From a virus, in the IMG/VR virus record IMGVR_UViG_3300042865_000182, positions 43,395-107,394 of that record: a DNA stretch of 64,000 nt; one strand, 5' to 3'. This document shows positions 1 to 8,435 of this stretch, piece by piece. A program made the translations under genes and the position numbers. The first letter of the stretch is position 1. The number at the start of each line of letters is the position of its first letter. The notes beneath the pieces were generated by a model that saw only the letters and a list, made by a program, of their open reading frames with translations, was not told where the DNA came from and searched no databases.

Positions 1-2
1 AT

Positions 3-3000
3 GATCCATTTATAAAGTCTGTTGATACAAATAACAATGTATTAAATCAATCTGTACCCATTAACATAACAAGTTTTCATTCACCAGATACAAGCTTTAG
101 AACACCTTACTTATCAGCAATAGAGTTAAAAATCTATGGTCACTTATCTGGGTTAGCCCTGCAAAGATTTATTGAACCACAAGGTCATCCTAAGTTTAAA
201 TTAATGACTAATGATGCTTTATGGATTATTATTATAGCTGGTGTAATTGATGTATTACTTAGAACATCAGGTGAGAAAAAAATAAATTATCCACAAGGTA
301 GTTTTACTCAACAATTTCAATTACCTTTTGCAGGAGGTATATCCTCACCATTAGCTATTCCATTAAATGTAGTAGGTGCATCTGGAGCAGCTCTTGCAAA
401 TACTACATTCACAAGTTTATTTAATACATATGATGGTTTAGGTGGTTTTATTGTAGATGCTTTTGCTGGAGTAGATAATCTTGTTCCTTTGTTTAAAACA
501 CATGATGCTTCAATGCTTTCTGCTGGTGGAACATATAATCCAATTAATTATGAAAAGTCTTTAACTGCATTTTCACAATTACCAACATGGACACAAGTAT
601 TATTAAATGTTGTTGGTGGAGTTAGTCAAATTGCATTTTTCTTTTTAGAAGGAGCACTTGCAGCACAAGATTTATTATATGCAATTGGACCATATAGACA
701 ATATGCATTACAACTTATAGGTCATGGTCTATATGATACATTTAATCCATTCACTATAACAGATACTAAAAGATTTAAAATTGCAGATGCATCATACATT
801 TTTAAAAACATCTCATTTGAAATTGATGATTATAATGATACAATAACAGGTAATCCAACTCAAAAGTATACTATTAATAATTATAAAAGATCTCAGTTGT
901 TAATGTTAAGAACTGAGAGAGCAAATATACCAACCACCGATGGTCCTAAGTTACTAGTTACAGGTGGTGTTGGTTTGGATCAATCACTTGGTAGCTTAGG
1001 TATGTTTGATGACTGGTTAGGTCCTGATGGTCCTAAGATCAATGAAAAGAAAAAAAGTATTGAATTTGAAACAGGTATTGCAAGTCATTATGGTGCTATG
1101 AAAATAGATAATGATGATCAATATGGCCAGTTAAAAACAATTACAGAATTTCCAATAACACCATGTGAGCAAAAGTTTGATTACAATAGTTTGCCTACTA
1201 ATACATTTACAGTACAAATATCATTAGTTCCACCAATCTATCAAAGTGTTACGCAAAAAGTTATAACTCAAACTCCAGTAATATTTGGAGGAGATACATA
1301 TATAACAAGATTTACAGAAAAGAATCCAATGTTCTTTTTCTATAATTGGTTATATACAGAACCAAATGGCTATGAGTATAACTACTTTAATAACCAAATG
1401 ATTCCTGAACCTAGATTTTGGGCTAATAGTGAAAGGTATGATTTATCTCAATTACAAGTAACTAGTTTAGCTGCATGGGCTGCATTGTTTAATAACTCAA
1501 CTACAGGTACTGGATTTTTACCAAATGATTATTTTAATTTAGATAATGAAAATTATGTAAGAAATAATGATACTATTCCTGCAGGTTATCCTGGATTTAT
1601 ATATGCAAAGAATTCATATTTCTATTTATCAGCATCTGGAGTAAGAGACTTTTTTGTAGAGTCTGATGTTATCAATGACTTTAGAGAAGTTGGTACATTT
1701 GATTATGAAAAATGTTATAATCCATATAGATATACTGACTTAGAAACTATGTTCAGAATGGATAAGATAACTGCAACAGAGGGTAACTTTTATTTATATG
1801 ACTATTCATTAAGTATTACAAGATTAACAAACAGATATACATCATTTGGATTTTTACAAAATGTATATTATGATCCTGAGGTTGCTGAGTTATGTTATAC
1901 ATATTATCCTAATACAATTACTTATTCTTTACCAGTTTCACAAACATCTTCTACAGATAACTGGTTTATATTTTTACCACTAAATAGAAAAGATTTTGTT
2001 AGTCAAATTAGTGGAGTTAAAAACTTTGCTAAAACTGGAGCTTTTGTTACATTTAAAAATGATAGTCCAATAGTATTTCAAGGTGTAGATACACTTGAAA
2101 TGGATGGATCAGGAACTAAGGTTATAATTGGAGATGCTAGTTTATTTGCAAGAGAGCCTCAAAATCTTGTGGTAGCTGATAAACCATACATGTATGGATC
2201 TTCTCAAGGAAGGCTATCTGTTATATCTACACCTGCTGGACTTTATTATATATCTCAAGATCAGGGTAAAGTTTTTGCATATGGTGATGGACTTAAAGAA
2301 ATTTCCCAAGCTGGTATGAAATGGTGGTTTGATTATTTCTTACCTAGTAAGCTTCTTGAAGATTTCCCTGATTATCCATATGCTGATAATCCTGTAGCTG
2401 GTGTAGGAACACAGGCTGTGTTTGATAATTATAATTCTGTACTTTACTTTTGTAAAAAAGATTATAAATTAAAAGAATTTGGTCCAGATGGAGAACCTCT
2501 TGCAGGTAGGGTAGTTAATGTTAATACAAGTAAAGATAGTTATTTTAATTACTATCCTTATGTAAACGGTGTTATATCAGCAACACCACTTAAAGTTTCA
2601 CTTGGTGATTCTAGAATTTTTGAAGATGCTTCTTGGACAGTAAGTTATGATCCTAAATCTCAGTTCTGGATTTCATTCCATGACTGGCACCCGGATCTTG
2701 TTATGCCAACTAAAGATAGTTTTATAACTACTAAAAGAAATCAGTTTTACAAGCATGGTGCAAGTTGTAATGACTACTGTAATTTTTATGGAGTACAGTA
2801 CCCATTTGAAATTGAATTTCCAATTACAACCGGACAAAGTGTTACAACAGTAAAAAGTATTGAATATGTACTTGAATGCTATAGAAGAGAACAAAGATAT
2901 TGTACTGATCAATTTCATATATTAGATTATAACTTTGATAAATTAGTTATACACAATACAGAACAAATATCAGGGTATTTAAATCTTAATGTGTTCCCTA

Positions 3001-3410
3001 AGAATAATATAGCATTGTCTTTATTATATCCACAGCTAAATGTTAATAATAGTTCATTTGATATCTTGTTCTCTAAAGAAGAAAACAAGTATAGAATAAA
3101 TCAGTTCTGGGACATAACAAAAGACCGTGGAGAATTTCCTAATGGTTCAGGTTATCCACCACAAGGACCTCTTATTCCAGGTACTACAACTTTATTAGGA
3201 AACTATCCTGAAAATATGTTGTGGATCACTGAAGCTAATGGTTATAAAAAAGCTATTAATCCTCAAGCTGTAGATTATAATAAATCTCTTCTACAAAGAA
3301 AAAAATTCCGTCACATGGTTAACTTTATGTATCTTAGTAAAACTAATTCAAGAGACACTAATATGATACTCAAGTTATTCAATAGTAAAAATCAATATTC
3401 TTTAAGATAA
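3..3410 (+). CDS. 5'-truncated crAss-like tail stabilisation/muzzle-type structural protein
   Basis: Frame is open from position 3 (DPFIKSVD...FHSPDTSF...) into the listed 204..3410 ORF, so the gene starts before the window. Motifs FHSPD, FGGDTYITRF and WISFHDW are as recalled from crAss-like tail proteins. It lies upstream of the cargo/RNAP genes. Confidence 0.65.
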   Translation, partial: DPFIKSVDTNNNVLNQSVPINITSFHSPDTSFRTPYLSAIELKIYGHLSGLALQRFIEPQGHPKFKLMTNDALWIIIIAGVIDVLLRTSGEKKINYPQGSFTQQFQLPFAGGISSPLAIPLNVVGASGAALANTTFTSLFNTYDGLGGFIVDAFAGVDNLVPLFKTHDASMLSAGGTYNPINYEKSLTAFSQLPTWTQVLLNVVGGVSQIAFFFLEGALAAQDLLYAIGPYRQYALQLIGHGLYDTFNPFTITDTKRFKIADASYIFKNISFEIDDYNDTITGNPTQKYTINNYKRSQLLMLRTERANIPTTDGPKLLVTGGVGLDQSLGSLGMFDDWLGPDGPKINEKKKSIEFETGIASHYGAMKIDNDDQYGQLKTITEFPITPCEQKFDYNSLPTNTFTVQISLVPPIYQSVTQKVITQTPVIFGGDTYITRFTEKNPMFFFYNWLYTEPNGYEYNYFNNQMIPEPRFWANSERYDLSQLQVTSLAAWAALFNNSTTGTGFLPNDYFNLDNENYVRNNDTIPAGYPGFIYAKNSYFYLSASGVRDFFVESDVINDFREVGTFDYEKCYNPYRYTDLETMFRMDKITATEGNFYLYDYSLSITRLTNRYTSFGFLQNVYYDPEVAELCYTYYPNTITYSLPVSQTSSTDNWFIFLPLNRKDFVSQISGVKNFAKTGAFVTFKNDSPIVFQGVDTLEMDGSGTKVIIGDASLFAREPQNLVVADKPYMYGSSQGRLSVISTPAGLYYISQDQGKVFAYGDGLKEISQAGMKWWFDYFLPSKLLEDFPDYPYADNPVAGVGTQAVFDNYNSVLYFCKKDYKLKEFGPDGEPLAGRVVNVNTSKDSYFNYYPYVNGVISATPLKVSLGDSRIFEDASWTVSYDPKSQFWISFHDWHPDLVMPTKDSFITTKRNQFYKHGASCNDYCNFYGVQYPFEIEFPITTGQSVTTVKSIEYVLECYRREQRYCTDQFHILDYNFDKLVIHNTEQISGYLNLNVFPKNNIALSLLYPQLNVNNSSFDILFSKEENKYRINQFWDITKDRGEFPNGSGYPPQGPLIPGTTTLLGNYPENMLWITEANGYKKAINPQAVDYNKSLLQRKKFRHMVNFMYLSKTNSRDTNMILKLFNSKNQYSLR

Positions 3411-4927
3411 TGACTAATTTTAAAAAAGGTGGTCCATTACAGAATAGTAATATATTTGCTACCAATAGATTATTTGTAAAAAATCCACTGTTTAAAAAAA
3501 GAAAAAAGAAAAGAGCCCCTGGAGTTTATAATCCAACAGCTAAGTTTAGATATGATGAAGGAGGACCTATATCATTTGATTATGATGATACACTGAGCAC
3601 AGATAGAGGATTGGATATAGCCCAGAACATATCTAATAAGGATAAGTATATTATATCTGCTAGAGATACTGTTACACCCGAAATGATTGATAGAGCTTTG
3701 GCTGTTGGCATAAGCCCTGGTAAAATATTTGCTACCGGTTCAGATAAAGCTAAGATAGCTAAAGTAAAAGAACTAGGTGCTAAGCATGTTGATAATAAAT
3801 CTAGTGTAGTTAAAGCACTTGGTAAACAAGGACAACAATTTAAAAAAGGTGGTATCCCCAAAGATATCTCTATACCACAGTTAAATCAGTTTGTAGAAGG
3901 AGGTGCACCTGGTGACTTAGAAAAAATATTAAAAGACTTAGATGCAAAACTTGCTAATAATGAGATTACACAAAAACAATATGAGTATTTAAAAAACAAA
4001 GCAATTGACTATTATAATATCCAAAATAAATTAAATTTTGCAAAAAAACAATTAATAAGCAATGAAATATCTGGTGATAAATTTCAAGAAACATATGATG
4101 CATTAAAAAAAGACTATGGAGAAAAATACAATAAAGAGGGTATTACTTGTGGGGTAAATATGAAAAATTGTCCAAAAGATGAAGAACTTGAAAATTTATA
4201 TCCTACTATTACTCAACAAGTTGTAACTGAAACTCCTGTAGTTAGTAATGAAGTTCCTATTATTAATAATGAAATACCTGTAATTAGTAATGAAGTTTTA
4301 ACAGAACCAGAGACAGTTGAAACAGTAGAAGAAAAAATAAAAAGACCTGAATTAGAAGTACCAAGTATTGCTCCATACAATTTTCCAGGAGCAACACAAC
4401 ATACAAAAAAGAAAAAATATTTAGATTTTAGACTAAATCAAAGATATAATAAAACTTCACCAGTAGTAATTCAAGAAAAAATAGTAAGTAGAAAAGATGA
4501 TCCTTTATTAAGATTTATTAGTGGTTATGACAGAGAAAAAGGTACTCCTAAATTATATAAGTCACATAAAGATTGGAGTGAAAGATATCATGATGCTATA
4601 AGGCAAATTCAGGAAGATCCTGAAAATGCAGAAAATGTAAGGTTTCCAGGATTTCGTGGTTCACCTCTTGCAAGTTGGAAAGACTATAAAGCAAGAAGAG
4701 AATATAAAAAAGATTGGAAAGATTATATTCAAAATGAAGTGCCTCAAATTATAGAAAGAAATAAACAAGCATTAGAAGATTACCAAAATCAATTGCAACA
4801 ACAAAAAAATGGTGGATCAACAGATGATTATATAGAAGTAGATATACCAAAAGAACAAATACAATGGTACATAGACCAAGGATACAGAGTAGAGCCAGTA
4901 AGTAAACTTAAAAAGTTTATTGGTTAA
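3410..4927 (+). CDS. Putative internal virion cargo protein with embedded HAD-like phosphatase domain
   Basis: 505 aa, TAATG-coupled. HAD motifs ISFDYDDTLS (I), IISAR (II), K (III), HVDN (IV). Several xxGG tags. Confidence 0.55.
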   Translation: MTNFKKGGPLQNSNIFATNRLFVKNPLFKKRKKKRAPGVYNPTAKFRYDEGGPISFDYDDTLSTDRGLDIAQNISNKDKYIISARDTVTPEMIDRALAVGISPGKIFATGSDKAKIAKVKELGAKHVDNKSSVVKALGKQGQQFKKGGIPKDISIPQLNQFVEGGAPGDLEKILKDLDAKLANNEITQKQYEYLKNKAIDYYNIQNKLNFAKKQLISNEISGDKFQETYDALKKDYGEKYNKEGITCGVNMKNCPKDEELENLYPTITQQVVTETPVVSNEVPIINNEIPVISNEVLTEPETVETVEEKIKRPELEVPSIAPYNFPGATQHTKKKKYLDFRLNQRYNKTSPVVIQEKIVSRKDDPLLRFISGYDREKGTPKLYKSHKDWSERYHDAIRQIQEDPENAENVRFPGFRGSPLASWKDYKARREYKKDWKDYIQNEVPQIIERNKQALEDYQNQLQQQKNGGSTDDYIEVDIPKEQIQWYIDQGYRVEPVSKLKKFIG

Positions 4928-4947
4928 TTTAAAATTTAGTATATTTA
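4903..4947 (+). promoter_or_regulatory. Putative late promoter: palindrome TAAACTT-AAA-AAGTTTA, N20, TATATTTA
   Basis: Same architecture and spacing as 11076..11120. TAnnTTTA resembles the Bacteroidota -7 box TAnnTTTG. Confidence 0.5.
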
Positions 4948-4962
4948 ATTATAAGCAATAGC

Positions 4963-7900
4963 ATGAAAGTTAGAATATATAAAACACCGGACAGTAAAGG
5001 AAAGCTTGTAAAAGCCAAGAAAGGTATGTCTGTTAATATAAATGAGGAGATTAAAAGAAAGATTGCAGAAGGTAAAGAGCCTGAGATCATTATATATGAA
5101 TTAGCAGAATTTGGTTTATCAAGACCAGAAGCACAAAGAAAAGTAAATAGATATTATGATCTTCTTGGGGATGATGAGTATGCTGAAGATGAAGTAGTTG
5201 CACCTTATGATGATACAGTTGAAGATGAAGTAGTACAAACTCCAGAAGAAGATGAACCAGATAATGCTGCTATTTATGATTACTATGGTGGTGATAATCA
5301 AGGACTTGATGTAGTTAATGATGGTGCTGATGATGAAGATGAAGAAGATGATATGGCAAGATATGGTGGACAGTATGCAGAAGGTGGACAGTTTGCTCCA
5401 GGAAGTATTATACCTGAACCAAAGAAACCATATTTTATAGGAATGGATGCTGAACCTTATGATAATGCTTATGCCTTTGGTGGAAACACATATGGTTTTG
5501 GTGGACCTGGTGATGGTGATAAAAGACGTAGTTTTTATGATACAGCTGTAACTGACTACAAACAATGGTTAACCAATCCAGCAGCATGGCAAGAAGATCC
5601 TGAAATGTTGGCTCCTGATGGAAAAACATTAAATCTATGTTTAGATTGTATGGACATGGATTGGAATAATGAGCAAGATATAAGAGATGCCCATAGATTA
5701 ATTGAAGAAGGTTACTCAACTGGGACACATAGAAATCAAGAACTATTTGATGCAGGTCTAAAAAAATATGGTTTACAAACTCCTGTATGGTCATCTAAAA
5801 AACAAATTAGTGAAAATAAATTTGGTGGTTTAACCAAAAACCAATATGTTAATAAAAGAATCAAAGAACTTAGAAAAGCTGCACAAGGTGATGAAGTTCA
5901 AAATAATGAAACTAATATATCTCCAAGAGGCACAATAGATAGTCCTTCTGGATTCACTAGTCCAGAAAAAAACTTAGCTTCAATTATAAAGCAAACCGGT
6001 AATAATGCTTTGTTAAAACAACAAGCTGAAAATGAATATCAACAATATCAAAATTCAACTATGGGTCAAGATTTTAATGGTAAGTTTCTATTTGGTGGTA
6101 GAAACAGAAAAATAAAAAGAGCTAACAGAGCAATGTTTGGAACACCAATAGCACTACCAGGTGTAGACGTTAATTATGAATTTGGACCATTAGGTGGTTT
6201 AAGAAAAGCTGAAGCTAAATGGGATTTAGATGCTATTGGAGATTTGGCTAAATTTTTACCAGGAGCTGTTGGTATGTTTCCAGGTATGATGGGTGGATTT
6301 AATCCAGCTATGATGCAATATAAAAAAGTAAGTTATCCTGCACAGATTAGAAAAAAAGTTATTTCTGAAATTAATAAAGAAGCTTTAAATGATGTAGCTA
6401 AACAAAATCCTAATTCTGAAGCTGCTCAAAAAAGTAATAATCCTATACCAACTACAGTAGAATCTAGCACACAACTTAATCCAAAATCATATTTAAATTA
6501 TGGTACCGGTCCTGGATCTGGAATGGGTAGAATGCATTTGGATGATATGGATTTATATGAACAAGAACACGGTGGTTTTGTAAATACAGAAACAATGGAT
6601 CCAAATATGCTTGCTAAGTTTATTTATGGTGGTGATGAATATGCTTATGGTGGTGATGTGATACCAAAAGCTGCACCGGGTATGATGGTTGGTAATACAC
6701 AAAACCCATTAGCTTTACAGAATTATATTGCTAACCATTTAAAGTATCATAATTATGGACAGAGACAGAAACAAGCTGTTCAACAACCTAATACTACTCA
6801 GGGTGTAAATCCATTTATGCAATACATGCAAATGATGCAAGGTCAACAGGGTAATCCATATATGGGAAGTCAAATGATGTTTAATCCATATATGAATAAT
6901 GCTTTTGGTAATCAACAATTTTGGACAGGTAGACCACAAAGATTAGGTTTTGGTCTTACTAGAGACTTTAATTACACTAATGCTTTTTCTCCTGTTAATT
7001 GGCAAGTACCTGAAGGGACAAAAAAAATTACAGAAAAAGTTTATAAAGATAGAGGTAAATGGTATAATCCTTTTGATACAAAAAGAATTAGAGAATGGTA
7101 TGCAGATGGAACAGAAGGTGAAGCGAATGACTTGATAAACAAACAAGGATCTGGTACTAATATTAAAACAGATACTACACCAAAACAATCACAAGCTTCT
7201 AAATATGGATACAGTGATGAAGATTGGGCTAATTTAACATGGGATCAACAGACAGCTATAATGAATGCTGCAGATAGTTCTCCAGATAAAATGTCCACAA
7301 GAGCTGCTTCACAAATCCCTACTTCAGTGTCTGGATTAGCTCCTGAATCATTATCGGCAAGTGGTGTTAATCAATCTAAAAGTGCAACTGGAGTGGGTGC
7401 TAAATTATCTGGATCTGGCATATCATCAATATATGAACCAGAAGTAACAACTCCTAATTCATATGTATCATCACCAGCTACACAACAAACAACTACTCAA
7501 GGTAGTGGTAGCATGTATCCGGCTGGTCAAAGATCTACTTCTGGTATTTCATCTGTTTATGAACCAGAAGAAACTGTACCTAATTCATACACAGGCTCTT
7601 CACAAACTTCAAGCCGTCCTCAACAATATAACACATTATATCCGGCAGGTACAAGGTCAACTACTGGAATTGATTCAACATATGAAGTTGATGCTAATGT
7701 TTCTAATGCAAATACAGTATCTAAACCAGTTGCACCAGCAGCATCTGTTATTGCAAAACCAATGACAGATCCTAAGTATATACCAACAGCTGAAGATTTT
7801 CAATATGATTCAGAAGGAATACCTGCACCTAATACTAATGTTAATAGTAATCAGAACTATGATGAAAATTTCTTAGAAGAATTACCAATGGCATACGGTG

Positions 7901-8430
7901 GTTATATGGCTTATGGAGGTTATATACCTGAGTATATGGCTTATGGTGGATATATGCCAATGGCTAAATCAGGAATCACTGCAGGTAAACCAGAATTTGA
8001 AGACCCTAATCTTATTGGTAGAGTAGTAGAACAATCTGCATATACATTTAAACCTGGACAAATGGCAACAGACTTATTTAGCAGTCCATCTAGTTTAACA
8101 GGTTTAACTACTAATATATTAAATGCTAGAGATCAAGCTAAAAAAATGGATCAAGCTGCTCAAAGAAATAGAACATTTGATGCTGCAACTGCTAACACAG
8201 GTCAATCAGGATTTGGTTCTGCTGAAAGAAAAGGATCAGACTTAATGGCAAGCGGTACTTATACTCAATATGGAACTACACCTGGACAACAAGGCTATGA
8301 AGGTGGTCTATATGGTAAAAAAGGTGGCTCTATGAATACACAATATGCTAAAGGTAAAGTTTACAGTTTAACCATGGAACAAATAAAAGCTATTGAAGCT
8401 GCCGGAGGTAAAATAGAATATATAAAATAA
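4963..8430 (+). CDS. Low-complexity internal virion cargo protein (AYGG/KxGG-rich)
   Basis: 1155 aa with acidic, Gln/Met-rich and Ser/Thr-rich tracts and internal repeats. Located in the virion operon. Confidence 0.55.
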   Translation: MKVRIYKTPDSKGKLVKAKKGMSVNINEEIKRKIAEGKEPEIIIYELAEFGLSRPEAQRKVNRYYDLLGDDEYAEDEVVAPYDDTVEDEVVQTPEEDEPDNAAIYDYYGGDNQGLDVVNDGADDEDEEDDMARYGGQYAEGGQFAPGSIIPEPKKPYFIGMDAEPYDNAYAFGGNTYGFGGPGDGDKRRSFYDTAVTDYKQWLTNPAAWQEDPEMLAPDGKTLNLCLDCMDMDWNNEQDIRDAHRLIEEGYSTGTHRNQELFDAGLKKYGLQTPVWSSKKQISENKFGGLTKNQYVNKRIKELRKAAQGDEVQNNETNISPRGTIDSPSGFTSPEKNLASIIKQTGNNALLKQQAENEYQQYQNSTMGQDFNGKFLFGGRNRKIKRANRAMFGTPIALPGVDVNYEFGPLGGLRKAEAKWDLDAIGDLAKFLPGAVGMFPGMMGGFNPAMMQYKKVSYPAQIRKKVISEINKEALNDVAKQNPNSEAAQKSNNPIPTTVESSTQLNPKSYLNYGTGPGSGMGRMHLDDMDLYEQEHGGFVNTETMDPNMLAKFIYGGDEYAYGGDVIPKAAPGMMVGNTQNPLALQNYIANHLKYHNYGQRQKQAVQQPNTTQGVNPFMQYMQMMQGQQGNPYMGSQMMFNPYMNNAFGNQQFWTGRPQRLGFGLTRDFNYTNAFSPVNWQVPEGTKKITEKVYKDRGKWYNPFDTKRIREWYADGTEGEANDLINKQGSGTNIKTDTTPKQSQASKYGYSDEDWANLTWDQQTAIMNAADSSPDKMSTRAASQIPTSVSGLAPESLSASGVNQSKSATGVGAKLSGSGISSIYEPEVTTPNSYVSSPATQQTTTQGSGSMYPAGQRSTSGISSVYEPEETVPNSYTGSSQTSSRPQQYNTLYPAGTRSTTGIDSTYEVDANVSNANTVSKPVAPAASVIAKPMTDPKYIPTAEDFQYDSEGIPAPNTNVNSNQNYDENFLEELPMAYGGYMAYGGYIPEYMAYGGYMPMAKSGITAGKPEFEDPNLIGRVVEQSAYTFKPGQMATDLFSSPSSLTGLTTNILNARDQAKKMDQAAQRNRTFDAATANTGQSGFGSAERKGSDLMASGTYTQYGTTPGQQGYEGGLYGKKGGSMNTQYAKGKVYSLTMEQIKAIEAAGGKIEYIK
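7414..7700 (+). repeat. Three degenerate peptide repeats (YPAGxRST-SGISSxYEPExxxPNSY)
   Basis: SGISSIYEPEVTTPNSY; MYPAGQRSTSGISSVYEPEETVPNSY; LYPAGTRSTTGIDSTYEV. Confidence 0.8.
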
Positions 8431-8435
8431 TCAAC

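Noticed and set aside
4232-4297. PVVSNEV/PIINNEI/PVISNEV 7-aa tandem repeat as a functional element
   Set aside because: Looks like ordinary slippage expansion in a linker.
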